15,310 nucleotides of DNA from assembly GCA_040400605.1 (NCBI GenBank), contig JBBAPZ010000035.1, positions 1 through 15,310 of the forward strand, written 5' to 3'. Each line of letters starts with the position of its first letter. Within the stretch, counting starts at the first letter, position 1. Shown here piece by piece: positions 1 through 8,461 of the stretch. The notes beneath the pieces are model-generated. The model saw only the letters and a program-made list of their open reading frames with translations, had not been told where the DNA came from and did not search any database. This stretch comes from Candidatus Sericytochromatia bacterium (GTDB lineage: Bacteria > Cyanobacteriota > Sericytochromatia > S15B-MN24 > JAQBPE01). Both the position numbers and the translations under genes were made by a program.

Positions 1-67
1 ATGGCAGACGCACTAGTTTCAGGTACTAGCGCCGCAAGGCGTGTGGGTTCAAGTCCCACTCTGCGCA
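1..67 (+). tRNA. tRNA-Leu(CAG), 5'-truncated by the window edge
   Basis: D-loop remnant ATGGCAGAC; anticodon arm CTAGT-TTCAGGT-ACTAG (anticodon CAG); long variable arm GCC-GCAA-GGC; T arm GTGGG-TTCAAGT-CCCAC; acceptor 3' strand ends CTGCGC-A. CCA is not encoded. Confidence 0.95.
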
Positions 68-74
68 CTTTAAC

Positions 75-110
75 AAGACCTTGGTCCGATTGATCAGGGT
101 CTTTTCTTTT
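75..110 (+). terminator. Intrinsic terminator after tRNA-Leu
   Basis: Stem AAGACCTTGGTC (75-86) / GATCAGGGTCTT (92-103) with G:U pairs, followed by a T-rich tract. Confidence 0.8.
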
Positions 111-372
111 GGGCTGGGAAACTGCAACCGGCTCGTACGCGGCCCTCACAAAATATACGGTTGCTTGCCGGAGCGAAGCATCAGCCACCAATGCATCCTG
201 GCGGTAAATGAGGAAAAAAGGCTGTGGTCGATCATAGCCTCTCGTGATACCCCAACTCCTCGGACAGGCATTCGACAGTTCGCGGCGAGAAATCCTGGGA
301 ACCAAGTCATAGTATTATCATTGTACGCGTTCAGTGGGTGACAAGCATGATCGAACGTGATCCACTGTCGAA

Positions 373-573
373 ATGGCAGATTGCAGTTCCGTCAGTCTCC
401 AAAGCCTCATTTCAGAGCGTGATGCAGCAGCTGCCGAACGCGATGCAGCAATCGCCGAGCGGGATGCCGCATTGGCCGGTATCGTGACGCTTGAGCGACA
501 AGTCGAATTGAGTCCCCGTAGGGGACGAGTTTGCGCGCCACGCGTGATGAGAAGACATATTGGGTCGTCGTGA
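373..573 (+). pseudogene. Short heptad-repeat coiled-coil ORF, possibly a remnant of a transposase (IS66 TnpC-like) leucine-zipper N-terminus
   Basis: 66-aa ORF containing ERDAAAA-ERDAAIA-ERDAALA followed by GIVTLERQVEL. The repeats differ mostly at third codon positions, and the ORF loses coding character after about 510. Family assignment is inference. Confidence 0.35.
415..477 (+). repeat. Three imperfect 21-nt tandem repeats
   Basis: gagcgtgatgcagcagctgcc / gaacgcgatgcagcaatcgcc / gagcgggatgccgcattggcc. Confidence 0.85.
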
Positions 574-950
574 CGCCACACGGTCGAACGCCACACCGCT
601 CCCCAACGGTCTTACGCAAAAGTCGAGTTCAGCGTCTCGCAGACTCCTGACATGAACCAGGCGTCAGAATGCTCAGCATCGGAATGCGATGCAATTCGGC
701 GTTTCCACAGGGGGATCTGAACGCCTACATCTGATGACTGTGGCAAAGCCATCCGAGTGGGTAGCAGTGAGATTTTTGTTCAGTGACCCACCATGTCTCG
801 CGAAGAGTCGGTCGACACACGCGGAGATGTCAAAGGCAGACCCTTTGTGACGGTCCGCGAACTGACACGCGTCACGCGACAATTGTTAAATGTCGCGTTG
901 ATTGGGTATGGAGGGATGAGCCGGTTAGTCCAAAGACTGGAGGACTGCAC

Positions 951-2843
951 GTGTCCTTTTCAAGACATTTTCGCATCATGCTGGTATTAACTGCAATTCC
1001 CCTGGTCGCCTGTGTCACGACCGCGACAGTCACCCCCAGCGAATCGGGCAGGGGAGTCTCGCAGTCACGAGCGTCGGTTACGCGGCGCCTTACTCCCCTA
1101 CCGACTGCGGCGCTAAAAGGGCGTGTGCTTCTGCCCGCCAGTCTCATCAATGAAGTTTCGGGCGCGCTCGTTTCAAACAACGCAGGCAGCCTCATCGCCA
1201 ACAACGCAGGATCGTTCGTGGCAGATGTCGGTGCCGGCGTGGTTGTAAAGGGTGCGGCTGGGTTCAGCCTCCTGCAAACTGGCGCGCGTCAAGACTCGCT
1301 GGATGAACGACCGGTCAAGGGGATACGGGTGATGCTGACAGATGCTTCAGGAAAAGCGTTTAATGGGCTTCCATCTGTCTTCAGCGACGCTCAGGGGCAA
1401 TTCGAGATTCCTGATGTGCCCGAAGGATTGATCTACACGGTCGTGGCAACGCTGGTGACCCCCAAAGGAAATCTGAAAGTCTCCGCGCTCACAGTCTCAG
1501 GAGTCGATACAGTGGTGTCGCTTGCCACTACGGTTGCATTGACCCAGATGCAGCGGGCGTCGCAGCGTCTGTGGGGTCGACTGGATAAAGTCGCTTACAC
1601 CAAGGTGGTGACTGGCGTTGCGAAGCAACTGACACCCGAGGATGCCCGGCTGGCGTTGGTGGAAGTAGCTGACCAGGAGGCGTCGACAGTGTGGGCACGC
1701 CTGGAATCCCAGGCACCTGAGCTGAAAGCTGACTTGCAATCCGTATTGGTAGGCTTAAAACAGGTGTCCACGGAAATGGAAGCGATCGCCGAAAACCTGC
1801 GCGGGCGCTCGCCCGCGCCATCGCCCGCGACCGGTGTTGATGCCTCATCATCGCCACCTGGAGCAATCACGAGTGCCGCAGACATCGCTTCTCCGACAGC
1901 GTCACCCTCAACTGAGCCCGATTATGTCCCAGGCGTCCAGGTGACGACGGTTGCCGGAACATCAAAAGGCTCTGTCGATGGCCCAGTCAATGTGGCTCAG
2001 TTTAATGGTCCCGACGGGTTAGCAGTGGACACGTCAGGCAACATTTATGTCACAGAAAGCTCCGGTTACATTCGGACTGTAACACCCGCAGGCTTAGTCA
2101 CGACCTGGGAGATACCGGGTCTAGGCCCCGCGTATGGAGGGTGGAAGGCTATTACGGTTAACCGTGCGGGGGTGATTTATGTCACGGATAGCTATAGCCA
2201 AACCATTCGCATGTTGACAAAGACTGGCGTGCCGACCGTGACGACAGGTTTGAACTACCCATCAGGCTTGGCTGCCGATGCAGCCGGCGATCTTTATGTG
2301 GCAGACGTGTATAATCAACGTATAATCAAGGTGACCCCGCAAGGCGTGGTCTCGACGCTGGCGGGTTCAACCCCATGCGGAACGGGCTGTCCTGGAGGGT
2401 TCGCGGATGGCACAGGTGCTGCTGCACAATTCAATTTCCCTGGTGGCGTGGCGGTGGATGCGGCCGGGAATGTCTATGTCGCCGACCAAAACAATGATCG
2501 TATTCGCAAGGTGACCCCACAAGGGGCGGTGAGCACCTTGGCAGGGTCGACAAAGGGTTATGCGGATGGCACAGGCAGCGCAGCGCAGTTCTCCAGTCCG
2601 TCCGGCGTGGCGGTCGACGTAAGTGGCAACGTCTATGTCACCGACTCAGGCAATTCTCGTATTCGCAGGATAAGCCCACTGGGCGTGGTCAAAACAGTGG
2701 CAGGCTCAACGGTGGGCCTTGCGGATGGTACAGGCCGGGCGGCGCAGTTCTCCAATCCTTCCGGCGTAGCAGTCGACGCGACCGGTCATGTCTATGTGAC
2801 AGACTCAGGAAACCATCGCATCCGCAAAGTCACGATGCAGTAA
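951..2843 (+). CDS. NHL-repeat (beta-propeller) lipoprotein, about 630 aa
   Basis: The ORF track starts at 783, but GGAGG (939-943) precedes an in-frame GTG at 951. This gives signal peptide MSFSRHFRIMLVLTAIPLVA-C with lipobox LVAC. Then SNNAG repeats, a carboxypeptidase-regulatory-like beta-sandwich (RPVKGIRVMLTDASG...SDAQGQFEIPDVP), a helical region, a P/S/A linker and about 6 NHL blades (AQFNxPxGVAVDxxGNVYVxDxxNxRIRK). Confidence 0.9.
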   Translation: MSFSRHFRIMLVLTAIPLVACVTTATVTPSESGRGVSQSRASVTRRLTPLPTAALKGRVLLPASLINEVSGALVSNNAGSLIANNAGSFVADVGAGVVVKGAAGFSLLQTGARQDSLDERPVKGIRVMLTDASGKAFNGLPSVFSDAQGQFEIPDVPEGLIYTVVATLVTPKGNLKVSALTVSGVDTVVSLATTVALTQMQRASQRLWGRLDKVAYTKVVTGVAKQLTPEDARLALVEVADQEASTVWARLESQAPELKADLQSVLVGLKQVSTEMEAIAENLRGRSPAPSPATGVDASSSPPGAITSAADIASPTASPSTEPDYVPGVQVTTVAGTSKGSVDGPVNVAQFNGPDGLAVDTSGNIYVTESSGYIRTVTPAGLVTTWEIPGLGPAYGGWKAITVNRAGVIYVTDSYSQTIRMLTKTGVPTVTTGLNYPSGLAADAAGDLYVADVYNQRIIKVTPQGVVSTLAGSTPCGTGCPGGFADGTGAAAQFNFPGGVAVDAAGNVYVADQNNDRIRKVTPQGAVSTLAGSTKGYADGTGSAAQFSSPSGVAVDVSGNVYVTDSGNSRIRRISPLGVVKTVAGSTVGLADGTGRAAQFSNPSGVAVDATGHVYVTDSGNHRIRKVTMQ

Positions 2844-3421
2844 TTCCCGTTATCCGAATCGATCACAATCAAGGCGCGCGAGGCCATCGCCGTTGACCCA
2901 AAACCCTTCGACGGCGCTGGCACCATTCGGTCATCAGTCGCATTCATTTCGCATGACGCAGGGTCGGCTCATACGCGCACACATCCACGACCGCCAGCAC
3001 CGCACGGGTCAAGGCATCCAGCCAGTCTGGCGCAAAGCGCGCGGGAATAGACCCCTCATCCAACCGATCGTTCGGCGTGTGCCAAAGCGCATCGCCCATC
3101 TCCCCCGCAAACAGGCGCAGGTTCCTTATCGGCTGTTCGTTTAATCACCGTGCCCCACGGGTACTGTGAGGGTGCCACAGTCGAGATGGGCGATGCCGGC
3201 AGAGGTGCCGGTAATCGCGCTTGAGCCAAGCCAGGAGCCGTTCGTGCCGCCAGCCCAAGATGGTTCGTCCGATTCGCGCCAGGCCAGGTTGTCTGGGTTT
3301 CTTGCGCAGCGAGAGATACCGCTTGAGTTTTCGATGAAAACAAGGGTAGGTCACAGCGGACAGCGAGTCCATTTTCTGACCAAGCACCTTGGCGACACAG
3401 AACAGAAAAGGCGATGTTGAC

Positions 3422-4855
3422 ATGCAAATTCTCTTCATCCGGTGTCTGTTTTTGATACCCGTCTTGTTACTGTGCCTGACAAGCCCTGTATTGGCGATAC
3501 AGGGAACGGCCTCAGCGCTGGGTGTTGCGGGGTGGGTCGGGACTTTTGGGCTCGTTGTTTTCGGCTTGGCCTATATGTTGGTCATTGCTGAAGAGCGTCT
3601 ACATTTACGAAAGTCCAAACCGATGCTGGTGGCGGCTGGTTTGATGTGGCTTGGTCTCGGCATCGGGGCAACCCAGGTGGGCCAGTCCGCCCAAGTGGCG
3701 CTCGCATTTCGGCATTATCTGGTTGAGTTTGCGGAGTTGTTCCTGTTTTTGCTGGCGGCGATGACCTATGTCAATACATTGGAGGAGCGTGGGGTATTTC
3801 TCAGGCTACGCGCCTCGCTCATCAATGCGCGCTTCAGTTATCGCGGGTTGTTTTGGGCGTTGGGTGCGTTTGCATTTTGTTCTTCGCCATTTCTGGATAA
3901 TTTGACGGCGGCTTTGATCACAGGCGCAGTCGCACTCACGCTTGGAGCCGGGCAAGGTCGCTTTGTAAGCATCAGTTGCATCAGCATCGTGGTGGCAGCC
4001 AATGCTGGCGGCGCGTTTACGCCGTTTGGTGACATCACCACCTTGATGGTCTGGCAGGCAGGCCACGCGAGCTTTATGGATTTCTTGCGCCTGTTCGTGC
4101 CATCACTCATCAACTGGTTGGTGCCGGCACTGTGCATGTTACCGGCCATTCCCAAAGGCTATCCCGAAGACCTGCGTGATAATGCGCCATTAAAAGCTGG
4201 TGCCTGGGTTGTGATGGCTTTGTTTGCCGTGACGATCGTCCTGGCGGTCATTGCCCATTCCTTGCTCGGCTTGCCGCCGGTGCTGGGAATGCTGACTGGC
4301 TTGGGATTGCTCAAGCTTTATGCCTATTTTCTGACCCGTGGGGATGAGAAAATGGGTTTAAGTTTGAATGAACCTAACGATGTGTTTGCGTCATCGGCGA
4401 CGCAAGGCCCGCGTGCCTTTGACCCGTTCAAGCAATTGGAGCGGGCCGAATGGGATACCTTGATGTTCTTCTATGGTGTGATCATGGCGGTGGGCGCGCT
4501 TGGAACCTTGGGTTATTTAGAGGTGATGGCAGACGGCTTGTACGGCAAACTGGGTGCGACAACGGCCAATGTGCTGGTGGGGCTCATCTCGGCTGTGCTG
4601 GATAATATTCCGGTGATGGTGGCGGTTCTTGGCATGCGCCCGGAAATGCCCTTGGGCGAGTGGCTCTTGGTGACCCTGACGGCGGGGGTTGGTGGGTCAC
4701 TGTTGTCAGTGGGGAGCGCAGCAGGCGTCGCCTTGATGGGACAGGCCAGGGGCGTGTATACGTTCATGGCCCACCTGAAGTGGACCTGGGCGATCGCTTT
4801 GGGGTACGTGACGGCGATCGCCGCTCACCTGTGGCTTAATGCCGCCCTCTTTTAA
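3422..4855 (+). CDS. nhaD: NhaD-family sodium:proton antiporter (IT superfamily)
   Basis: Polytopic membrane protein with NhaD-type motifs EERLHLRKSKP, ELFLFLLAAMTYVN, SPFLDNLT, VVAANAGGAFTPFGDITTLMVWQ, AEWDTLMFFYG, SAVLDNIPVM and TAGVGGSLLSVGSAAGVALMG. ATG 3422 is preferred over TTG 3389. Confidence 0.9.
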   Translation: MQILFIRCLFLIPVLLLCLTSPVLAIQGTASALGVAGWVGTFGLVVFGLAYMLVIAEERLHLRKSKPMLVAAGLMWLGLGIGATQVGQSAQVALAFRHYLVEFAELFLFLLAAMTYVNTLEERGVFLRLRASLINARFSYRGLFWALGAFAFCSSPFLDNLTAALITGAVALTLGAGQGRFVSISCISIVVAANAGGAFTPFGDITTLMVWQAGHASFMDFLRLFVPSLINWLVPALCMLPAIPKGYPEDLRDNAPLKAGAWVVMALFAVTIVLAVIAHSLLGLPPVLGMLTGLGLLKLYAYFLTRGDEKMGLSLNEPNDVFASSATQGPRAFDPFKQLERAEWDTLMFFYGVIMAVGALGTLGYLEVMADGLYGKLGATTANVLVGLISAVLDNIPVMVAVLGMRPEMPLGEWLLVTLTAGVGGSLLSVGSAAGVALMGQARGVYTFMAHLKWTWAIALGYVTAIAAHLWLNAALF

Positions 4856-4864
4856 AGCGCCAAA

Positions 4865-5512
4865 TCAGCGCGCGGGGCCCAGCGGATGCTCCTTCCGCGC
4901 CTTCTCATACTCCGCCAGACGCGCACGATAACGTGTCATCGCAGCCGGATAGTCCAACGCCTGCTGCCGACGAGACAATGCATCAGCGGCATCAAGCAAG
5001 CCAACCACCGGGAAACTCGCTGCGGCAAGCGCTGCCCCGATCGGACTATCGTTGAGCGCCCGAAGCGACTGCGTCCGCTGAAACATCGGTCGCTTGGGAT
5101 CAAGGGGTGGTTCAGGCCTGCGCAGGCCGGCCTGCTCCTCAACCCGCCGCACCCGCAATTCAACCTTGGCAATCGCCGTGAAAGCGGCTTCAGATTCGGC
5201 CATCAGGTCCGGATTATCCGGAAATGCATCCAATTGCATCGCAAGCTGTGCCTGCTGCGCAGCACCAAGGAGTTGACGCGAAACCGCCACCCACTCGCGC
5301 TTTCCCGGCACATCCCGAGGCACGTCTGGGTATTGGTGCAGTGCCGCGATGGCACTGCGCCACTGCTCAATGGGTGCCGATGACGAAACCCCCTGCCGCT
5401 CAAAGCGATCGTGAGCGACAGGGGGCCCCTTTGAGGCGCTGGCCGCACGTGAAACCGGCGATGGTAGCCCGGGAACGACACCAACGGGGTGCAAGCGTCT
5501 CACATCAGCCAT
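4865..5512 (-). CDS. Hypothetical protein, 215 aa, mostly helical
   Basis: ATG with upstream GGGAG RBS; convergent on nhaD with a 9-nt gap; disordered N-terminus and one hydrophobic stretch (PIGAALAAASFPVVGLL). Confidence 0.7.
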   Translation of the reverse strand: MADVRRLHPVGVVPGLPSPVSRAASASKGPPVAHDRFERQGVSSSAPIEQWRSAIAALHQYPDVPRDVPGKREWVAVSRQLLGAAQQAQLAMQLDAFPDNPDLMAESEAAFTAIAKVELRVRRVEEQAGLRRPEPPLDPKRPMFQRTQSLRALNDSPIGAALAAASFPVVGLLDAADALSRRQQALDYPAAMTRYRARLAEYEKARKEHPLGPAR

Positions 5513-5867
5513 GACAAGCTCCCATCACGCACGAATCTGAGAATTTATCGTCATAACAGCAAAAATCTTGCTTGCACAACAACACAACATTACTGGAACG
5601 ATACCCTCGCTCCGAATGCAGCCAAATCCTCACACTTTTTTTGCCAACCCCTGGAACGTTCAACGCACGCTTGGAATGACTGAATCGAGCGTTGCCCCAG
5701 ACCAGGTTGTCTGCGCGTCGGTCAGGATACCGTCGAGCTTGGCGCCGAGAAGGTTGGCATCTGTATCGTGTTAAATCCGCTAAACTTGCTCCAAAATTTG
5801 AAAATCTCGCAGCCACAGCCCCTCGGCCTGCGTCGTGGCAAGGCATCTACCCACGGGTTGACAGGTA

Positions 5868-5897
5868 TTGGCGCCAAATGAAACGATTCGTTAGAAT
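5868..5897 (+). promoter_or_regulatory. Putative sigma70 promoter for the SRPBCC-nadA operon
   Basis: TTGGCG (5868-5873), 18-nt spacer, TAGAAT (5892-5897); an extra TTGACA lies at 5858-5863. Confidence 0.45.
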
Positions 5898-5962
5898 AAA
5901 TAGTTGGGAATATTCATGACACGTGGTCAGAAACAGCGAATCAAGAAGTCGGAGCGGTAGCG

Positions 5963-6505
5963 TTGCACTTGCAGATTGTGGGACTTGGGGCGCGTGAGCG
6001 GGACCTGCCGGTTTCGATTGACGAGGCGCGGGAATATTTTCATCGGGATGTCCCGGGGTTTTTGGCGAAAATTGAGGATGTGGAGCAATTGCGTGCGTTG
6101 CCTCAACCGCATTGCTTTTTTATGCGCAATCGTCCGGTCGGTGGATTGAACCATTATTTCACGGTTGTTAACGCGGTGAGGGTGACGCCGGAGTCCAGTG
6201 GCCTGACGCTTGAGGCACTTGACTTTGACCTCGACGGCCTGAGCGCTGAGTATCCCTTGCTCAAAGGTTTCGTGTCCGGTGCCTTGCGCATCAAGGCAGT
6301 TAACGATGAACGGACCCGGGTTGACTTTCGTTTGACCATGCGGGTGGAGTTCCCTTTGCCACGACCCTTGCAGTTGTTACCGCACGTATTGGTTAAAACA
6401 ACCGCGGATGGCGTGATGTCAAACCGTTTACACGGGGTTGTGCGTACGTTGTACCAAAAGGTTTTGAATGATTTCAACTTAAGTGACAATGAGGTAATGC
6501 CGTGA
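5963..6505 (+). CDS. SRPBCC/START-fold protein (CoxG/DUF1997-like), 180 aa
   Basis: TTG start after GGAG. The pattern [12 protein letters not shown], beta-strands ([24 protein letters not shown]) and a C-terminal helix after [10 protein letters not shown] fits the helix-grip fold. The stop overlaps the nadA start (GTGA). Confidence 0.65.
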   Translation: MHLQIVGLGARERDLPVSIDEAREYFHRDVPGFLAKIEDVEQLRALPQPHCFFMRNRPVGGLNHYFTVVNAVRVTPESSGLTLEALDFDLDGLSAEYPLLKGFVSGALRIKAVNDERTRVDFRLTMRVEFPLPRPLQLLPHVLVKTTADGVMSNRLHGVVRTLYQKVLNDFNLSDNEVMP

Positions 6506-7476
6506 CCCAGTCGATGCCAGCGGTTTCTGTGTCGGGCCCACGGTCTGTTGATGCGTTCGAGGCGATTCAGCGTTTAAAAGTGGCGCGCAATGCGGTTATT
6601 TTGGCGCATTATTACCAAGATCCGGATGTGCAGGATGTGGCGGATTTCATTGGGGACAGCTTGGCGCTTGCGCAGGCGGCCGAGCGAACCAAGGCGGATG
6701 TCATCGTGTTTGCGGGGGTTCATTTTATGGCCGAGACGGCGAAGATCGTGAATCCGAACAAGGTGGTTGTGATCCCTGATGTCAATGCGGGTTGTTCTTT
6801 GGCGGATGCGTGTCCTGCCAGTGAATTGCAGAAGTTGAAAGCGCGGCATCCGGAGGCGCGAGTTGTGTCTTATATCAATTGCAGTGCGGAGGTGAAGGCG
6901 CTCAGCGACATCATTTGCACGTCAAGCAATGCCATAAAGGTGATCGAAAGTATCCCGGCGCACGAGCCGATCATCTTTGCACCAGATAAAAATTTGGGGC
7001 AATGGCTAATCAAACAGACGGGGCGCGACATGATCCTGTGGCAAGGCAGTTGTATCGTTCACGAGACATTTTCGAGCAGGAAGTTGCGCGATCTCAAAGC
7101 CCAGTATCCGGATGCAACGGTCTTGGCCCATCCGGAGTGTGAAGCGCATATCTTGGAAGATGCAGACATCATTGGTTCAACCCTGGCGCTGCTGAACCAC
7201 GTCAAGCAAAACCCTTATGGTGCGTTTATTGTCGTGACTGAAGCGGGAATCATGCATCAAATGCACAAAGAAGCGCCGCAGGCGCAGCTGATCGCAGCCC
7301 CACCCGAAGGTGCGTGTGCGTGCAATGAGTGTCCGTTTATGCGTCTGAATACCCTCGAAAAAATTCAGTCTGCGCTCGAAACGCTCACGCCGGCCATCGA
7401 GATGCCGGAAGCCCTGCGTCAGGCCGCGTGGTTACCACTGGAGCGAATGTTAGCCATTAGCCGCCCAACGGTCTAG
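6502..7476 (+). CDS. nadA: Quinolinate synthase NadA ([4Fe-4S])
   Basis: Motifs [68 protein letters not shown] and [12 protein letters not shown]. Confidence 0.97.
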   Translation: MTQSMPAVSVSGPRSVDAFEAIQRLKVARNAVILAHYYQDPDVQDVADFIGDSLALAQAAERTKADVIVFAGVHFMAETAKIVNPNKVVVIPDVNAGCSLADACPASELQKLKARHPEARVVSYINCSAEVKALSDIICTSSNAIKVIESIPAHEPIIFAPDKNLGQWLIKQTGRDMILWQGSCIVHETFSSRKLRDLKAQYPDATVLAHPECEAHILEDADIIGSTLALLNHVKQNPYGAFIVVTEAGIMHQMHKEAPQAQLIAAPPEGACACNECPFMRLNTLEKIQSALETLTPAIEMPEALRQAAWLPLERMLAISRPTV

Positions 7477-7556
7477 CCAATCCCAAGACGCGCTTTCCCA
7501 AACGCAGCTCGCACACCAAGCGCCACACGTCACCGTTTTAAACGAGAGATCACCAC

Positions 7557-8378
7557 TCACGCTCGGATGGTCACGTGATCAGGCAATCCGTCTGGAGACC
7601 CTTCGTAAATCATGCGCAAACGCTCACGCGCATCCAAAAAGTGCTGGATTTGATTCGCGGCCATCAACAAGGCAGGCGGGTTGGCCAAGCCATCAGTTCG
7701 CAACCAGAAAAACTGGGCGTCTTGAAAACCGGTCAACATCGCGTTCAGATTGGCAGGCTCATTATCAAAACAGCCGACCACCTCACCTGCTTCCGCAATG
7801 CGAAGCGCCATCTGCTCCTTGAAATCAGCATCACCAAGGTGTTGATGCGCCGCGCATTTTAACACCAGAGAGGTCCGCCCCTCATCCACCGGAAAGCCCG
7901 CCAAACTCAAGGTATTGCGAGTCCAGTCCAGCATTGCCCCCGGACGCCCCGACAAGTACACCACGCGAACGCCTGCAGCATGCAAACGCTGAACATACGG
8001 TGCCGCACCCTGAACAGGCTCGTCATGAATCGTATACATTCCGTCAAAAAACAAATCGAAAAAGCGTCTCTTCAATCGGTCCAAAAGCATCGACTCTTGA
8101 AGCCCTGCCCCCCGTAAAGCGTCCACCACATCATAAGGCAAGGGCCCCACCGTCAGAGACTTCAATGCATGACACACAGCCGGATTGCCTTGCTCTTCTT
8201 GCGCCATGACGCCAAAAATTGCACGTTTGCGCGGCTTCACCCAAAACAAGGTGTCATCAATATCGAAAACAACCTGCGCAGTCTGCCCACCTTGAACGAT
8301 TTCGACAGCTGAACGATACAAGCGCTCCAAAGGATCGACCTCGCGCCCAATCGAAGGCGCATCAGACTTCATTAACAT
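7557..8378 (-). CDS. HAD-superfamily hydrolase (acid-phosphatase-like)
   Basis: Motif I VVFDIDDTLF, motif II YLSGR, motif III FKE, motif IV CFDNE; GGAGAGAG upstream of the ATG. Confidence 0.85.
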   Translation of the reverse strand: MLMKSDAPSIGREVDPLERLYRSAVEIVQGGQTAQVVFDIDDTLFWVKPRKRAIFGVMAQEEQGNPAVCHALKSLTVGPLPYDVVDALRGAGLQESMLLDRLKRRFFDLFFDGMYTIHDEPVQGAAPYVQRLHAAGVRVVYLSGRPGAMLDWTRNTLSLAGFPVDEGRTSLVLKCAAHQHLGDADFKEQMALRIAEAGEVVGCFDNEPANLNAMLTGFQDAQFFWLRTDGLANPPALLMAANQIQHFLDARERLRMIYEGSPDGLPDHVTIRA

Positions 8379-8461
8379 AAACCACTACTCTCTCCAGATA
8401 CATTGCCCCGTGGTGGCCCCTGCGCGAAACACCCGAACCAGTTCAACGGCGCGTTCTCCTT

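Noticed and set aside
415..477. CRISPR array
   Set aside because: The 21-nt units are contiguous without spacers, vary synonymously, and there are no cas genes.
731..760. Hammerhead ribozyme core CTGATGA or fluoride riboswitch
   Set aside because: No GAAA after the putative stem II, and the fluoride riboswitch 5' consensus and pseudoknot are not present.
783..950. N-terminal extension of the NHL ORF
   Set aside because: The RBS, GTG and lipoprotein signal peptide start at 951; the extension overlaps the hairpin array and does not read like protein.
2893..3438. Short ORFs in the NHL-nhaD spacer
   Set aside because: No clear RBS or recognisable domains; they overlap each other and the structured element.
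5686..5750. SAH or NAD+-II riboswitch suggested by GAGCGTTGC upstream of nadA
   Set aside because: The 3' partner elements were not found, and the segment lies upstream of the predicted operon promoter.
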